A stretch of DNA of 64,000 nt from Takakia lepidozioides (taxonomy: Eukaryota > Plantae > Bryophyta): the NCBI GenBank assembly GCA_030704615.1, contig CM060731.1, forward strand, positions 35,774,001-35,838,000, in the 5' to 3' direction. The number at the start of each line of letters is the position of its first letter. Positions within the stretch are counted from its first letter, which is position 1. Below are positions 1 through 13,709 of this stretch, in pieces. Position numbers and translations under genes: made by a program. The notes under the pieces were generated by a model. The model saw nothing but the letters and a program-made list of their open reading frames with translations. It did no database searches and had not been told where the DNA came from.

Positions 1-99
1 TGAGCAGTCGCTCCCAGGTTTCCTTTTTGAAAAAGAAAAAGAAAAAGAAAAAGAATCATATATTCGTTAAAACCATTAAATTATATATTAATGGAAATA

Positions 100-324
100 A
101 CTATCCATACCCGGAAACTATTCATACCCTCAGGGTATATTTTGGCATATATATCCATACCCGGGGGTTATGTAGAAATCTGAAAAGTTAATTTACCCAT
201 ACCCGGAGGGTAAATAATTTTTTGAGATTTCAATTTATCCATACCCGGATAGTAAATGATTTGACAAAAATAATTTACTTATACCCTAAGGGTATATTGA
301 AATCAATATACCCGTACGACACTG
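100..324. mobile_element. Probable terminus of a hAT-like DNA transposon (subterminal CATACCC(GG) repeats ending in ...ACGACACTG)
   Basis: About seven ATACCC/CATACCCGG motifs, some in inverted GGGTAT orientation, run from 100 to 315. They end at ACGACACTG (316-324), whose reverse complement CAGTGTCGT resembles a hAT CAGTG terminus. The other end is outside the window. Confidence 0.4.
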
Positions 325-1123
325 TACGATACCTACCAGCCTACCTGCCAGCCTAGCAGGAGCTTACAAATTTGTAAGGTACTGTACCTCCAAAAACAGG
401 AGGAATGTTCTGCTCGGTAATTCCGGAACTATTTTGGATTCCAATGATCCATGCGCCGAGGAGGTGTTCACTGATGAATCACAGCCTACATTGATGATTC
501 TGACCAGTAAGTTATGGGACAGACTTCCACTGCACCCTTTAAATGCCGTAATCGCTTGCATTGATAGTGTCTCGCATACCCGAAGGGATGGTTGGAGAGG
601 ATGGGTGCCTTATTTGTGTGTCTACTGTATTTCGATCATGAGTAAGTAGGACCTGGTGTTGCTGGGCATTTTATTTGTCAAGCACATAGAGCAGGTTCTT
701 CGAGAGTATGTGCGCGATTATTGCCGTGCAAGATCGGCTACGGCTCAGTGTTGCTCATCCGCTGGTGAGTGTGGGAGGGAGAGAGGAAAGAGGGGTGCAT
801 ATGTGTAAAGTTGGATCTCATAAACAAGTTATCAGTCTCCTAATCCTGGAGGGGCATGGGGCAATAATGACGCGCTGTATGCCTTATCATGATTAGTGGC
901 TAGAAAAGTACAAAGGATCATCTATCTATGAACTCCTGCTTCCGTCTTGAGCTTGAGCTTGAGCTTGCGAGGTTATAGAGTATACTGTGGTCAAGACCTG
1001 TCGATCAACATATTGGGTTGTGGGCTGACAGTCGACTTCTTTGACAACATCGTCCGGGTCAGCACTAGGGAGGGTGGATCAAACCATTGTAAAAGTGTGG
1101 GTCTTTCTTTGCAATTCACAACG

Positions 1124-4100
1124 ATGGCTAGTTTACATTTGAGCGGCTTCATTGGCCAATCTTTGAGGCAGAGCAATGGACCATTTCACGCATTTCCAAA
1201 GAGAATGCACACCCCTATTTCACATATCAGAATGGAGGCAGCTCGTGATCAGCAACTCATGGGCTCTAATGCAAGTACGTACAGTTCCTCTCTATTTTCT
1301 TACTCTTGTTCTGTTGCAGGACCCCCGAACTTTATGATTGTCATACAAGCAGTGCAAGCTTAATAATTATTCTCAAAGTAGCATAGGGTCTGAAATCGGT
1401 GGTGAGGATATCCATATCGGTCTGCCAATATATCGAACTACTCTAGTAGAGGTCTAGCTCCACAGTTAGACTCGTCTAAGTGAAATGTGGATGAACTGTG
1501 AGGCCAGAGTAGTGTTCCTGGCTGAATATGTCAGGTGCAACTGCAACGACCTGCTTCAATTTGATCCAAGGTCACAGCTATATAGGTCATGCGCTAGTAG
1601 TAATCACCTGGTTGGAAGTCATTGGGATTCACTTAGTTTTTAATGCTTCATACAGATCTGGATGGTTGATGACCAATGTAATGTGGGCCTTTTTTGTTGG
1701 CACCCACATCTGCAGCTTTGACAGGTTGCGCCAACGAGCTAGTACATGAGTTGAAACAAGTATCCACACTCGTGGACCTCTCGAAGGATTATTATAGCGA
1801 GAAACCCTTAAGTCATACTATGATCGAGGTAAGTCCTGGGGACTGCCCTAAGAGATTTTAGGGGTCTAGAATGGAGGTATATAATTTGGAATCCTAGAAC
1901 CTTCATTCAGTATATGTCAGCCGTAAGAGCGTAGTAGAAATGTCACATTAAATAATGTTAAATTACTGCTCGTTCAAGTCAAACTCGTGACGTGAACACA
2001 AGTATCATGTTGACGATTTTCTGGCGCATCTGTTCATACGGAAAATTTGACAATATTTGTCTAACCTTGTGATCTTGCACTGCATAACCCTGTACCTCCA
2101 ATGACGTTTAACTAGCTCCAGGACATATGAAGTTATCAATCGGATAGAGCCTAGTCTATCACATTTATCTCAAGATGTCATGCATGTTTATGTGCAGATT
2201 CCTCGACAGGTACAAAAGGTGACAGAATGGATTGAGATAGTGAGGGGTATATTCCAGTCCATGACCGTAGGGGGAATCTCGATGTCCCCTTATGATACAG
2301 CATGGGTTGCACGAGTTCCTGCATTGGATGGCTCTGGAGGACCAGAGTTCCCCCAGTCTCTGCAATGGATTATTGATAACCAGCTCCCGAATGGTGACTG
2401 GGGAGACCCCGACCGCTTCTTGGGGTTTGATCGTGCCATCAACACGCTTGCGTGTGTGATTGCCTTGAGAACCTGGGGAAGTACGGGTGCGAGTGTTGAG
2501 AGAGGTGAATCATAAGAACATTTACAACCCTTAAATATTGTTTTCGAAGGTGCGTGCGTGGTCATGGTTGTTCAAGCGAGCGTCTACTGATGATTTGTCA
2601 AGTACCTGCAAGTATCCGTCTCTAACATAGTCCTTCGTCATGAGTGTATTTCGAACCCAGGTTTGGAATCCCTTCGATCCAACATTCACAAGATCGCAGA
2701 CGATGAATTTGTCAACATGCCCATTGCATTTGAGATAACTTTTCCATCCATGCTTGACGAGGCCAAAACTCTGGGCCTTGACCTCCCTTACGACGCCCCA
2801 AGTTTACAATCGACCTACGCTGCCAGAGACAAGAAGATGAAAAAGTAGGACTCTATACTGTCAAACTCTTATGTCGTATTTGTTTGCAGTGAGGGCGAAC
2901 AAGTTGATGTCAGTCTCCTCTAGACCAGGATGATACACCTAATATATATCCCTATCTGGAAACTTCAAGGATTGTAAATTTGAGACCTGTTCAATATTAT
3001 ACACATATGACCGTAGATTTGGGCGAATGAATGAAGAATTTGGACGCTAACAAATTAGCTTTAATGTTGGATTCGAAGAAACCTCGCATGCATTATGATA
3101 CGCAAACATGGAAGGGAAGAAGGAATTTACTTCCGAGCTCCTTCCGAGAGGCAGCTTGGGAAGGATTCACGTTGAAATAGCATTTTGGATGGTGTAGCTA
3201 GCCCTAGTTCAAAGAATCCTGAATCCTGACTTGGCCCTCTGCACCGTATCCCGATGAGACTGGGTACTAGACCCAACTAAGGTCTAGACAGATATTACTT
3301 ACTTCCTCTTCTACTTGCAATTGCAGGATTCCCATGGAGATGTTGCACAATGGCCCCACGTCACTTTTGTTTTCTTTGGAGGGGCTTCACACGGAAGTGG
3401 ATTGGAACAAACTATTAAAGTTTCAATCGAGTAACGGCTCCTTCTGTTGCTCTCCGGCCTCCACTGCTTGTGCTCTCATGTACACGAAGGACAAGAAGTG
3501 CCATGACTACTTGAATAAACTTCTTACCAAATTCCACAACGCAGGTACTGTGACGTGATTATTAGGTACTGCTTATGCAAGGAGTTTTGATCAGATGAGG
3601 GGTTCTTAAGTCTTGAACAGAAGACGGAAGTTGTCCAGAAGTGTTTTAATAAACTAGTATCATTTGTCGACCTTGACTAAACTTTCCTGTTGGAGGAATT
3701 TCAGGTTGTCCGAAAGGTATAAATTAAATACATATTACTGGATTGTAGTGTTCAACGTTTGTAAGCGGACTGCGGAAAATGAATTGACTGCATCAGTGCG
3801 CGTCGTTGTGTGCAGTGCCCAATGTGCATCCAGTGGACTTGTTCGAGCGTTTGTGGATGGTAGATCGCCTTGAGCGCCTTGGAATTTCCCGCTATTTCAA
3901 GGACGAGATTAAGGACTCCCTTGAATATGTGTACAAGTAAAATCCTGGGCCGCAGTAGAATCCTAGATCGTTCAATATGTCAAGGTCGATTTTACATGTC
4001 ATCAAACAGCAAGTTACAAGCATTCACCATACATTGCATGTACTATATTGTAGGTACTACAGTATCCATACTTTATCGACTTAATGTCAAACTGATAGAT

Positions 4101-7100
4101 TAAGATCGACAATATTTGCTTAGGACTCAGAAAGCTCATCTGGGTTGATCCAGGCGAGTGCATGGGTCCAAAACACTGAAGTGACACTAGCTGCATCTGT
4201 TCATTTGTGGGAAACAGATATTGGACAGACGATAGCATCGGGTTTACCATTCACACAGATTTGAAGGACTTGGATGACACTAGCATGGGATTCCGTCTGC
4301 TCCGCCTTCATGGCTTCGATGTGTCCACCGGTAAGTAAACATCCTTCTGGCCTCCTTTTGTCGTCCTTAGTGCTAACTATCTCTAGGCATGCAATCTTGC
4401 CACTGTATTAAAGGTTACTAGCGGAGTGATAAAGTTTTGAGAGGACTCAACGTTCTCTCTTTCACTGGACGTTAAAGAATTTTTTTGGTTTATCTTTCTC
4501 GTTCCATTTTTAACTGGCAGAGCCTCTAATCAGCGACATTTACAGCAAGATGACCAATCCTAGTGCTCAAGGGTCCTCTTCTTTTTCCCTTTTCAACTCT
4601 TACATTTCAAGATTTTTTGTGAACGTAGATTGCTTCATCGAGTTCTATAAGGATGGGATGTTCATGGACCTTCCTGGAGAAGGTCAAGACTCTGTCTCTT
4701 GTGCGTACAACTTCTATCGAGCCTCACAAACACTGTTCCCCGGAGAAACTATCCTAGAAGCTGGAAGAGCAGTCGCAAGAACACATCTGCAGGACAAGGT
4801 GGCCAGGAATGAATGCCACGACAAGTGGATCCTCGCTAAAGGTCTTCCCGACGAGGTACTATAACTCGCTTTCTAGGCTTGCCGTGCTTTCAGTTCAATT
4901 CAGGTTTACGAATTCAGACTTCCTTTATAAGTGGAAAACTATTTCCTCGCGAAGAAACCCCATTCATTTTTCAGTCAGCTTCTTACTTGAATCATCAAAC
5001 CAGTACTGTTCAGCTCTCTAGGCGAGATCCACTTTCTCCCCTTAAAACAGAGGGAATAAATTACAATCTAGAGATGAAGTAGCATTTAAAGTGACGTCGA
5101 TGTCAAAGCAAGGCCAACAAACACATATACGTCATTAGAGCCTTACGGGTAAGATTAACTAAATAGTGTGCATGTCTATAAATCCAATTGATGAGACACC
5201 ATAGCTTTTAGAATATCATTTATCTTGAGCAATGGGGTTATACGCGTGTGTCTGTGGCCCTGAAGGTGGAGTATGCACTAGAATTCCCGTGGTATGCAAG
5301 CCTCCCGCGCATTGAGCACCGTACCTACCTTGATCAGTATGGCGTTGACGATTCTTGGATTGGAAAAGTATTGTACAGGTGACCTCTTTCATCACGTACC
5401 AACTCTACAATAGAATATCAAGTTCTTCGTAAGTGATCAGGGGCTATCAGAGGACAAAAGCTTGAGCTCATTAACATTTCTTAATGTTTCAGACACCTTT
5501 TTGAACAAGCGTACGATACATCAGGTCAAATATTGTGGAGGAAAAAGTTAGCTTTCAAGAAGCAGTACAAACAAGTGCATGAAATACGTCTGTTGTACCT
5601 GTCTCAGATGCACAGCCTAAAGTTAATTGTCGGACCTCTTGCCTCAGGTTGCCTTATGTCAACAACGAGATATATTTGAGCTTAGCGAAGGAAGACTTCA
5701 ATATGTGTCAACAGATCCACCAAAAAGAGCTCAAGGCAATTTTCAAGTGAGTACTAAACGGTCATAATGGACATCCGTCTCAATTCAAAATCGTTCAAGA
5801 TTGGCGTAGGTTTTCTTCCTTGGGGTCCTATAACAATATAAGCAAGTCATGATAGAAATCATTTCCCCTAATAGTAGGAATGTTATCTACGAGCTGCAGG
5901 TGGAATTCACAAAGCATATTGGAAGATTCAAAGCTACTAGTCTCCCCAAAAACTGTGGAGAACTGCTACTTTTTCGGAGCTGCAATGATGTTTGAGCAAG
6001 AGATGGGCCAAGCCCGGCTGGTATGGGCAAGGTGTTCTATTCTCGCAGCTGCCCTCGATGATTACTTCAATGGGGCCAGTAGTATTGATGAGCTACGGGT
6101 ATTTTCGACGGCTCTCAGGAGGTGAGATCTAGTTAATGCTCCTAGTGCACTGAGAATTTTTCTTTCAATTGAGATGAATCTCAGCTTTGTCTTAATAAAT
6201 CAATTGAACACCCGATGGAGAGAGCATCATTGCACTTTCAAAAAAGCAATGACTTTTACCATCACATGTGGTCCGCACAGATGGGACCGGTCCCTTGCGG
6301 AAGGACTCTCAGAGCGGCCCAAATCGTTGTTTACGAGGTTGTACGACACAATTATTTCAATCACACGAGAAGCGTACATCGTACAAGGGCGTGATGTGTC
6401 GCATCATCTCAAAAATTCAGTAAGTTGGCATCACAGTGTCGACCAACACGTCCCCCTCGTGCATTTCGGAAGAGTCATTTGGGCTCTAGGCCCTCTGAGG
6501 GTGACTCCTTTGAACAATAACATAATGTTGTAGATATATGCAATTGATTGCCATTGATCATTAATACACATTCCAAGGAGAACGATAGAAAATCAGGAGC
6601 ATGGAACGCTCGCTCGACTTGGTTGTTTGTGTCACTTTCGCTTGAGGTACTCTTAAATATTGACATAGACTGATTAAGCTCATCACTTTTTCTTGCAGTG
6701 GACGAGGTGGATTGCAACACGGCTGACTGAGGCCGAGTGGGTTGAGTCAGGTTATACGCCGACTCTTGATGAGTACATGGAGATCAAAAATTCACCCTCC
6801 ACTGCATTGGAGCCATGTCTGGAGTGCTCCCTTTTTTTTGCAGGCGAGACGCTAACTGATAAATTGATGGCAAGTACAGACTACCATAATTTGATGGGGT
6901 GCGTCAACCAAATCGGTGGCCTTCTCGAGGATCTCCAAGAACTCAAGGTTTGTAGTTCTATTATAATATGGAATTTGACCTAGTTGATTGATATTTCAAT
7001 TTAATCTTTTCCTGAGTTGGATCCGTTAAATTTAGTTGGAAAGGAATGTAGAACTGAGGATCGATGGACATGTTTGAACTTTATGCAGAGGGGATCAAGT

Positions 7101-7385
7101 CAAGCAAATAGAAAGAAGTCATTTGTGAGGCTCAGCTACGTGAAAGAGCATCCCGAATCCACCGAGGACAAGGTTACTGCCCACATACTGAAGGTGGTTG
7201 ACAGCAACATGCAAAAGTTAGTGTGGGAGCTCCTCCACCCATCCGCGGTCCCCAGAGTCTGCAAGAATATGCATTTCAACGTTGCGCGCATGATGCACGT
7301 AGTCTTTAAAAAAACAGACGGTTTCGCAACACTCACAGAGCTCTCGCCTTACTTGAAAAAAATTCTACATGAGCCAGCGTCATAG
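1124..7385 (+). CDS. Diterpene synthase, gamma-beta-alpha CPS/KS-like, 14 exons, 850 aa; class II motif intact, class I motifs degenerate
   Basis: Exons assembled by hand with GT-AG junctions and consistent phases: 1124-1274, 1716-1828, 2198-2504, 2661-2844, 3327-3544, 3816-3936, 4218-4330, 4629-4855, 5266-5378, 5648-5746, 5900-6121, 6281-6419, 6699-6947, 7089-7385 (2553 nt, no internal stop). Motifs: transit-peptide-like N-terminus, [39 protein letters not shown] (4267-4278), [22 protein letters not shown] (6057-6071), [12 protein letters not shown]. Exons 1-2 are the least certain. Confidence 0.95.
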
Positions 7386-7537
7386 AAAGGACTTGTGGTG
7401 CACCCCCTTAACTTATAATCAGCAGGGGGCACCGGCATAATAACCAGATCCCAAGCTGAATTATGGTTTATCATAACCATATAATAAGTTATAATATGGC
7501 TATCTACATCTGGGCTGCACGTGATTTATAATAACTA

Positions 7538-7980
7538 GGGTAGCCTGTGCCGTTGGCCCAAGTGTCTAGTGCTATCTAAGCTCAAGTGCAATCTCCTATG
7601 TATCCATACAACCAGCATGTAGCCCAATGGTAATGGGCACATACCACGTTGGATATGGTTGTGGGTTCAAACCTGGTGTGTCATGAAGGTGTCCACCTTT
7701 CAGCTGGAAGGTAGTAGCCCTTGTGGTGAAGTGACACCATAACTTACGCTCCCTTCGGGAGGCGTCAAACTTTTTCCTATGTATCCAAGTGCGTCTCCTA
7801 TGTCGAGGCCCAAGTGTGACCTCTAGGGTAGCATGTGCCGTTGGCCTATGCCCAGTGTCATCTAAGCCCAAGTGTAAGATCTCCTATGTATCTATGTATC
7901 CCAATGCGTCTCCTATGTCGAGGCCCAACTGTGACCTCTAGGCCGGGTGACATGTGTCGTTGGCCCATGTGTGAAGAATT
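7538..7980. repeat. Degenerate satellite-like repeat block (GGCCCAAGTG / CTCCTATGT / TCTAAGCCCAAG modules)
   Basis: The modules recur several times here and again in the same orientation at 13710-14670. Confidence 0.7.
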
Positions 7981-8005
7981 GTGAGGGATGCTAAGGAAAT
8001 CCTCA

Positions 8006-10580
8006 TCACTCACTCTCATCGTTCTCTGACTCACTACTACTAGTATCAGGCCGCCGCGCCGCATGAGCTTGCTTATCCCCGAAGTCGGAAATGGAATCAC
8101 CGTCTGACTCCTCCGATGAGGAGCCCGAGGTACGGGCCTGCTGATCAACTACCGTAGTGTCAACCGGTGACTCCCCATCGTCCATCGTATCCTCCTTGGT
8201 TGACAACTCCTCAGTTGTCATGGCAACCATGAGCCTACCCCAACCATGGTCCTTGGTGTACCCCGATTCTATCTTTGAGGGCTTCCTCCCAAAGCGTTTT
8301 ACCTACACATGACATACAAATTGCCATGAGTGAGTATCTCAAAGAGAGTGAGAGAAAGGGAAAAAGAGAGAGAGAGAGAGAAAGACGCTAGAGAAAGATG
8401 AACTTTGAAATCTTAGTTAAGTACATATGACTTACAAAACGAGTGACGAAAGACTTGGCTCCCCCGAGGCCACATCTATGCGTGGAGTAGGATTTCTCTA
8501 GCTGTGCTGTTGCAGACTCACGGCCTCTAGCAAACCCCTCCTTCTTTGCAGTGTCTTCCTCCCCCGCAATGAGGGCTTCCCAAGACTCCTACGCATGCCC
8601 CCCAAACCATTTTTTGGTTAGTTTTCCCAAACATCCTTAGCACCCCCCTCAAACAATATGCATATAATGAAATCAAGGTGAAGTTAGCACATACCAGTGT
8701 TATCCCATGTGAGCGTTGGGGAGTTATCCCATGTGAGCGTTGGGTAGTAACCCCATGCTTCATTGCTTTCCGGATCGCCTCTCTTGCATGGTACCTCTTG
8801 TCATTGAGGTTCTTGCCCACCATCTCCAACAACCTCGTCTCACTCCAGGTGACTCTCTTGCTATTTGGGTCACAAAACCCCAACGATCAACCCATGATTG
8901 TTGGGGCCAATCTATATGCCAAGGGAACCCAGAGGCTGCCTTATCAAAGGCAACCCTCTTCATGGCTTCCCAAAACTCGCCAATGGGGTCCCCATTGGCA
9001 TTGACCTCCACCGGTGGCACCCTCCTCACCACTAGAGCCTTCTTCTCTGACCCTCCCTTGGGACTTGTGCCATCCACATCCCCTTTCCGTCTCTTCCTTT
9101 TCTTCTCTCCCTTCCCTTCCTTGGAATCCACATCCCCCTTGTCTTCTTAGCACGGCCCTCTCCCTTGATCTCTTTCCTTTTCCCACTAGGGCCCTCCTCC
9201 GCCTCTACATTTCGAAGCAAGTCATCATGCCCCCCCTTTTCTTCTTTTCTTCAGGCTCTGGGGCCTTCCCTTTCCCTTTCCCCACCACCACCTCACCCTT
9301 CTCTCTCTCATGTCAGGCCCTCTCCTCCGCATCCTTCTCTCTAATTCTCAAAGGAACCTCAAGATCCCTCACCTTCTTACCTCATTGCAATGTGGCCTTG
9401 CGGGCCGGTGACTGAAGCACCACGGTGTCTCCCTCATGCGCAACCCCCACATCGGTGGCTAACCGCCTCACCAAAGACGCCACCGCCTGAAAAAAAAAAA
9501 CCCCTTGAGTGTCGGAGGAAAGGAAACCCAAACAAAATGAACAATTTGAAGGAGGGAAAGGAAGTGTGCATCTCACCTCAACCTTGGTGGCATTGAAGCT
9601 TTGTACACCTTGGATTGCCCCTGGCTTCGCTTGCGAGAGGGGGATCTGATCTCCTCCAACCCCGCCCAAGAGTGATTCTTGCACACTTGCAGGCACTAAA
9701 TGCCAAGCATCCAAGAGCTTTGAAACTCCTTCGTCCAGCACCTTCTTCATTGGAATTTCAGAGGCTCCAATGCCTGTCTCTCTCTCGGCCTCAGCCTGTG
9801 GGGTCGGCCTCGACTGAGCTGCCTCCCTTTCCCTCTCGGCCCCCTCTTTCTTCTCTCTCTCTTGGGCCTCAACCCTCTTTCTCTCAGCCTCCTCCCTCTT
9901 AGATCTCTTGGCCTCCTTCTCATCCCTCTTGAAGGACTTCTTCTTCCTTTTCTTTCTTGTGAGGGAGTCCTCCCTTTGTACTCTCTCCCTCTCTTCTTTC
10001 TCCCTCTCTTCTTTCAGTCTCTAGGACTCTTCCTCTTTCTCATTCTTCTCCTTCTCTAGGAGCTCTCTCCTTGTCTTAGTGGCCTTACTTAGGACTGTTC
10101 TAGGGGCCGGCTAGCACTAACCCCGCGTGATCCCAACCGACGAACTTGACCTCCGTCGAAGGTGTCACCGGCTGAGGCTGAGGTGTCGGTGTCACAGGTT
10201 CAGGCTGAATGTCCTTCTTCCCACCCGAACATGTTTGAATGTGTGCCCTCTCCAGAATTGGCGCACCGGGAGGAGGTGGTGGTGTCTTGGGAATGTCACC
10301 ACCCCCAGCACAAGAGGGGGGAGGAGGAAGAGTGGAAGGTGCACCTGCTCGTGGCTGCCTAAGTCTGTGTCAAGCAGCGGTGACGTGAACCTCCCAACCC
10401 CGGCCTGTGTCACTCTTGCATTTGGAATCATGAAGGGGTTGTTGGAGCTGCGCTACATCCCCTTCCCACCACCCGTCGGCTCTGATGACTTTGGATCCTC
10501 TTTCTCGGCTATGTCACCAAAAAAAACTAAGAAAAATCCACAACCTCAACCCGCGGATGACATACCAGTGACCTGCAATT
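8006..10580 (-). pseudogene. Decayed En/Spm (CACTA) TnpA-like accessory gene (Transposase_24-like region plus long K/E-rich low-complexity tract)
   Basis: Frame-broken segments VEVNANGDPIGEFW...SETRLLEMVGKNLNDKRYHAREAIRK...HRCGLGG parallel the TnpA-like region at 50600-51040. There is an acidic C-terminus (8006-8230) and many stops and frameshifts. Confidence 0.55.
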
Positions 10581-11786
10581 TGAAAAAGAAACATTAACTT
10601 AGAACCCTCCCAAATGTCCCGGCCCTTGGGGCACACTATGGCTATTTTCCCCTTAATGTGACCCCTTTCCCTTCCTTTGGGATACATGTTTCAAGGGAAA
10701 AAAAAAATTGGAGAAGGAGAGGATAGGTGGGCATTTTCATTTTAGTTGTCTCGCCCATCTCTCATACTTTCCCTCTGCCCACTGCTTTGACGGCATTTAT
10801 TGCTACTATTGGCCGTCACAGCAAGTAGCAGTACACCAAAAACCGAATAAATAAATAAATAAATAAATAGTAAAAAGTAAAAAAGGGCATGTCTCCCCAG
10901 GGTGGTCCCACCAACCCTAGGGAGACATCCCATCACATAACATATTAGAGGGAGGGAGCTGGGAGGGAGAGACAGAGACTGAAGGAAAAACGAAAAAAAA
11001 GAGGTAGGGCAGGGAGCAAGGGCTGTGAGGTGGCGGCCACCGCGACACCCAGCCGTTGGGGTCGCAGTAGCTTGAGCAAAAAACAAGCCCGGAGCCCTGC
11101 TTCTGCCGCCACCCGCAAGCATCTGCAGCAGGACTCAAGGGCGAAAGCAGAGAGGGAGGAAGAAGAGGGAGAGGGAGAAGCTGAGAGGGAGAGGGACAAC
11201 AAACAGGGCGGAAAGGGAGCTGGAAGACACCTGGGCATTGGCATCGCCGGCGCAACGTGAGGGAAGAGAGAGAAGAGGCGCGGGCTCCCGCAGCAGCCCG
11301 CGACCTTGCCAAGGGAGAGAGAGGAAGGGGGAGAGAGGGAGAAGCGACAGAGGGGGAGGAGACAAACCAGCTGGTGGCGCGGCTGCTACTGCTGCCGCCA
11401 CCGCCGCCCCTCCCACGCTCGTTGTTGCTGCCGTTGCTTCTGCAGCTAACCGAGCTCGCCAACACGCCTCCACCACCTCTCCATGAGCAGCTCCAGCCCT
11501 TGAGGTGAGTGAACCCGCCACCTCCTCTTCGCTTTGCTTGTTGCTAGGGTTTAGGATTCTCTTGAGTGAGAGAGGGAGAGAATTCAATGAGAGAAAGATG
11601 GAGAGAAAGAAGGAGAGAGGACAAGTGAGGGGGAGAGAGAGGAGAAAAAAACCACAGGAAGACGGGCTGCTATCACGAATGACAACGGGGACAAAACCTC
11701 ATGCTTTTTTTATAAAGCTTTTGTATGTTCGTTGTCCATTTCCAATACCTACAACCTTGGGTGCATTTGTGTGCCTGTCCTTTGAA

Positions 11787-12540
11787 CTAGATTAGTGAGT
11801 GTAGATTAGTGCATAAAACACCCCGGAAATTCCTTCTATGCATGGACCCAAAATAATATCCAAAAAACGAATCAAAGAAGCAAAACATAAACAGTACCCT
11901 ACGACTGCCCAGACCCATGACTTTGCATTCTTGCGCATTAAGTAGGCAAGAATCATAGATGACTTGTGCAATAGTTGGGGCTGACGTGATAATTGGGGCC
12001 TTGGCAGTAGTTGTCTGAAGCCGCCTCATCTCATCAACCAGGCCATTGTGCATCATTTCGGCCCAAGCTACTTCCTCTCCCTTCAAAGCCTTCAAAACAT
12101 CTTCAGTAAAGGATCCGCTGAGATACTGTTGATTCTGTTTCATAGCAAATGGTATATTTAGTATCTGACCTATTTCCCTCAGACCCGGATACTCTGCTCT
12201 TGTACCAGTATAACCCTGATTCTTGGAAAAGATTCACCATTTGTAAGCTTGCCCTGTGCTCATCCACACTCACTTTACCAGTTGGTAAATCAAAGAGCTA
12301 CTACAAATACTGCGAAGTGACTTGTATATCGACACCCTTCATCTGTGTAGCTCCTGTCTTTGGATCGAAGTTCTTGATGAACTGAATCATCAAATCTCTG
12401 TGGTGCCAAGACCATTCTTTCCGCAACAGTCCCTCCAACCTCAATTCCTTCAATAGCTGTACTGCCTATGGTGTGGCAATAGTTTATTTTTGAAGTATTG
12501 TAGTGCTCTTCACCCGTAAGTCCTCCATATCTCTGATTCG
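11787..12540 (-). pseudogene. Decayed transposon accessory ORF fragment resembling the putative plant transposon protein domain
   Basis: Broken frames read LLKELRLEGLL...HRDLMIQFIKNFDPKTGATQMKGVDIQVT...LFDLP and ...KGEEVAWAEMMHNGLVDEM...SAPTIAQVI. Recognised by pattern only; stops are present. Confidence 0.35.
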
Positions 12541-13534
12541 CTTCATACCGGACAGACAAGAAGGTCTTGTTTAGAATAGTTACAAGAAGCTCTGCAACAC
12601 GTACAACATGAAAGTATGGTTTGCGCAAAATGGAACGGGCAATTGTGTGTAAGCGCAAGGATGGTGCAGGAGATGGGGGTGGTGGTGGATGCGGAGATGC
12701 CGGTGGTGCGGGATGGCCTAGTGCTCACCTACCATACAGACTATAACAATACTTATAATCCATCGTCTCACGGATCCTATCTATTTCATCCTGGGGAAAG
12801 AAGCTGGTCACTTCCGACACTGGATGGACATCGAATGTCGAAAGGAGACCGCTCTCAAATGCCTCCAATGCAATATGATTGCGGGCCTAGACATCAAGCC
12901 GTGGCTGCAATATACAATATATGTTGCAACACTAGTTAGCAATCATTTCTACCATGAAACTATAGCAATGTATATTGCATGTGTTCATTAATTAATTGCA
13001 TGCCACCAATTTCTTGAATCCAAAAGGGTTTATGGAAGACTCACCCTCGCTGCATCGACAATGCCATTCAACTTGTAATGTGCTTCGACAACATGTCGTC
13101 GGCGCAAAATTGTTGTAAGACCCGGTCCCATTTGTCGCCAACACCTTCTTGCACCAACATTCCATCTTTGGGGGGCGGTCCGTCGTAGGCCCATTCGGGC
13201 CTTCGCGGCTCCGGACTTAGAGGCCTACGCCCTCGAGGTGGCAAGCGAGGTGGCACACATTGCCCTTGTGGACTGTGCCCGGGATCAAGTCTACGCCGCC
13301 GTGTGTGTCGTGAAGGCCCAGCAGGTGTATCCTCATGAGCGGACGAGATTGAGGGGCCGTCCAAGGGCACCGCATCAAAGTCGTCGATACTCGCCCGGTG
13401 ATGATGTCGTACCATAACCTACAGGGATTGAAGGACTAAGGGTGGTTAATAAAAGAACCCCCCCCCAAAAAAAAAAGAAAGAAAAAAACCCCAAAATGCA
13501 ATTCCAACACACCCAAAAACAAAAAAACAAAAGC

Positions 13535-13705
13535 CCATGGTCATCTGCGACCCCCAGGCCGTCGCAAACAACCCAAACCGTCGCAGATGGGGGTTTGCCA
13601 TCTACGACAGTTGGGGGTCCTCAGAAATGGAGGGAAGTTTGAATCGGCGACGGATTTCCGTCACAGATTCAAACTCCATTCGACGGATGGCGTTCATCCA
13701 TCGCG
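13535..13705. repeat. GCGAC/GTCGC subterminal-type repeats of a truncated CACTA-like element
   Basis: Clustered inverted (T)GCGAC/GTCGCA motifs like those next to the CACTAC terminus at 37286. No CACTA end is preserved here. Confidence 0.35.
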
Positions 13706-13709
13706 GATT

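Noticed and set aside
1124-7385. Annotation as the gibberellin-pathway bifunctional ent-kaurene synthase (CPS/KS)
   Set aside because: Both class I metal-binding motifs are degenerate and the LHS histidine is replaced by Phe, so no gene symbol was assigned.
7397-7433. GC-rich hairpin just after the TPS stop, as a possible Helitron 3' end or terminator
   Set aside because: It is not followed by a CTRR end at the expected distance, and intrinsic terminators do not apply to plant Pol II genes.
10740-11800. Overlapping ORFs in the GA/GC-rich stretch
   Set aside because: Low-complexity, promoter/5'UTR-like TE sequence with no domain signal.
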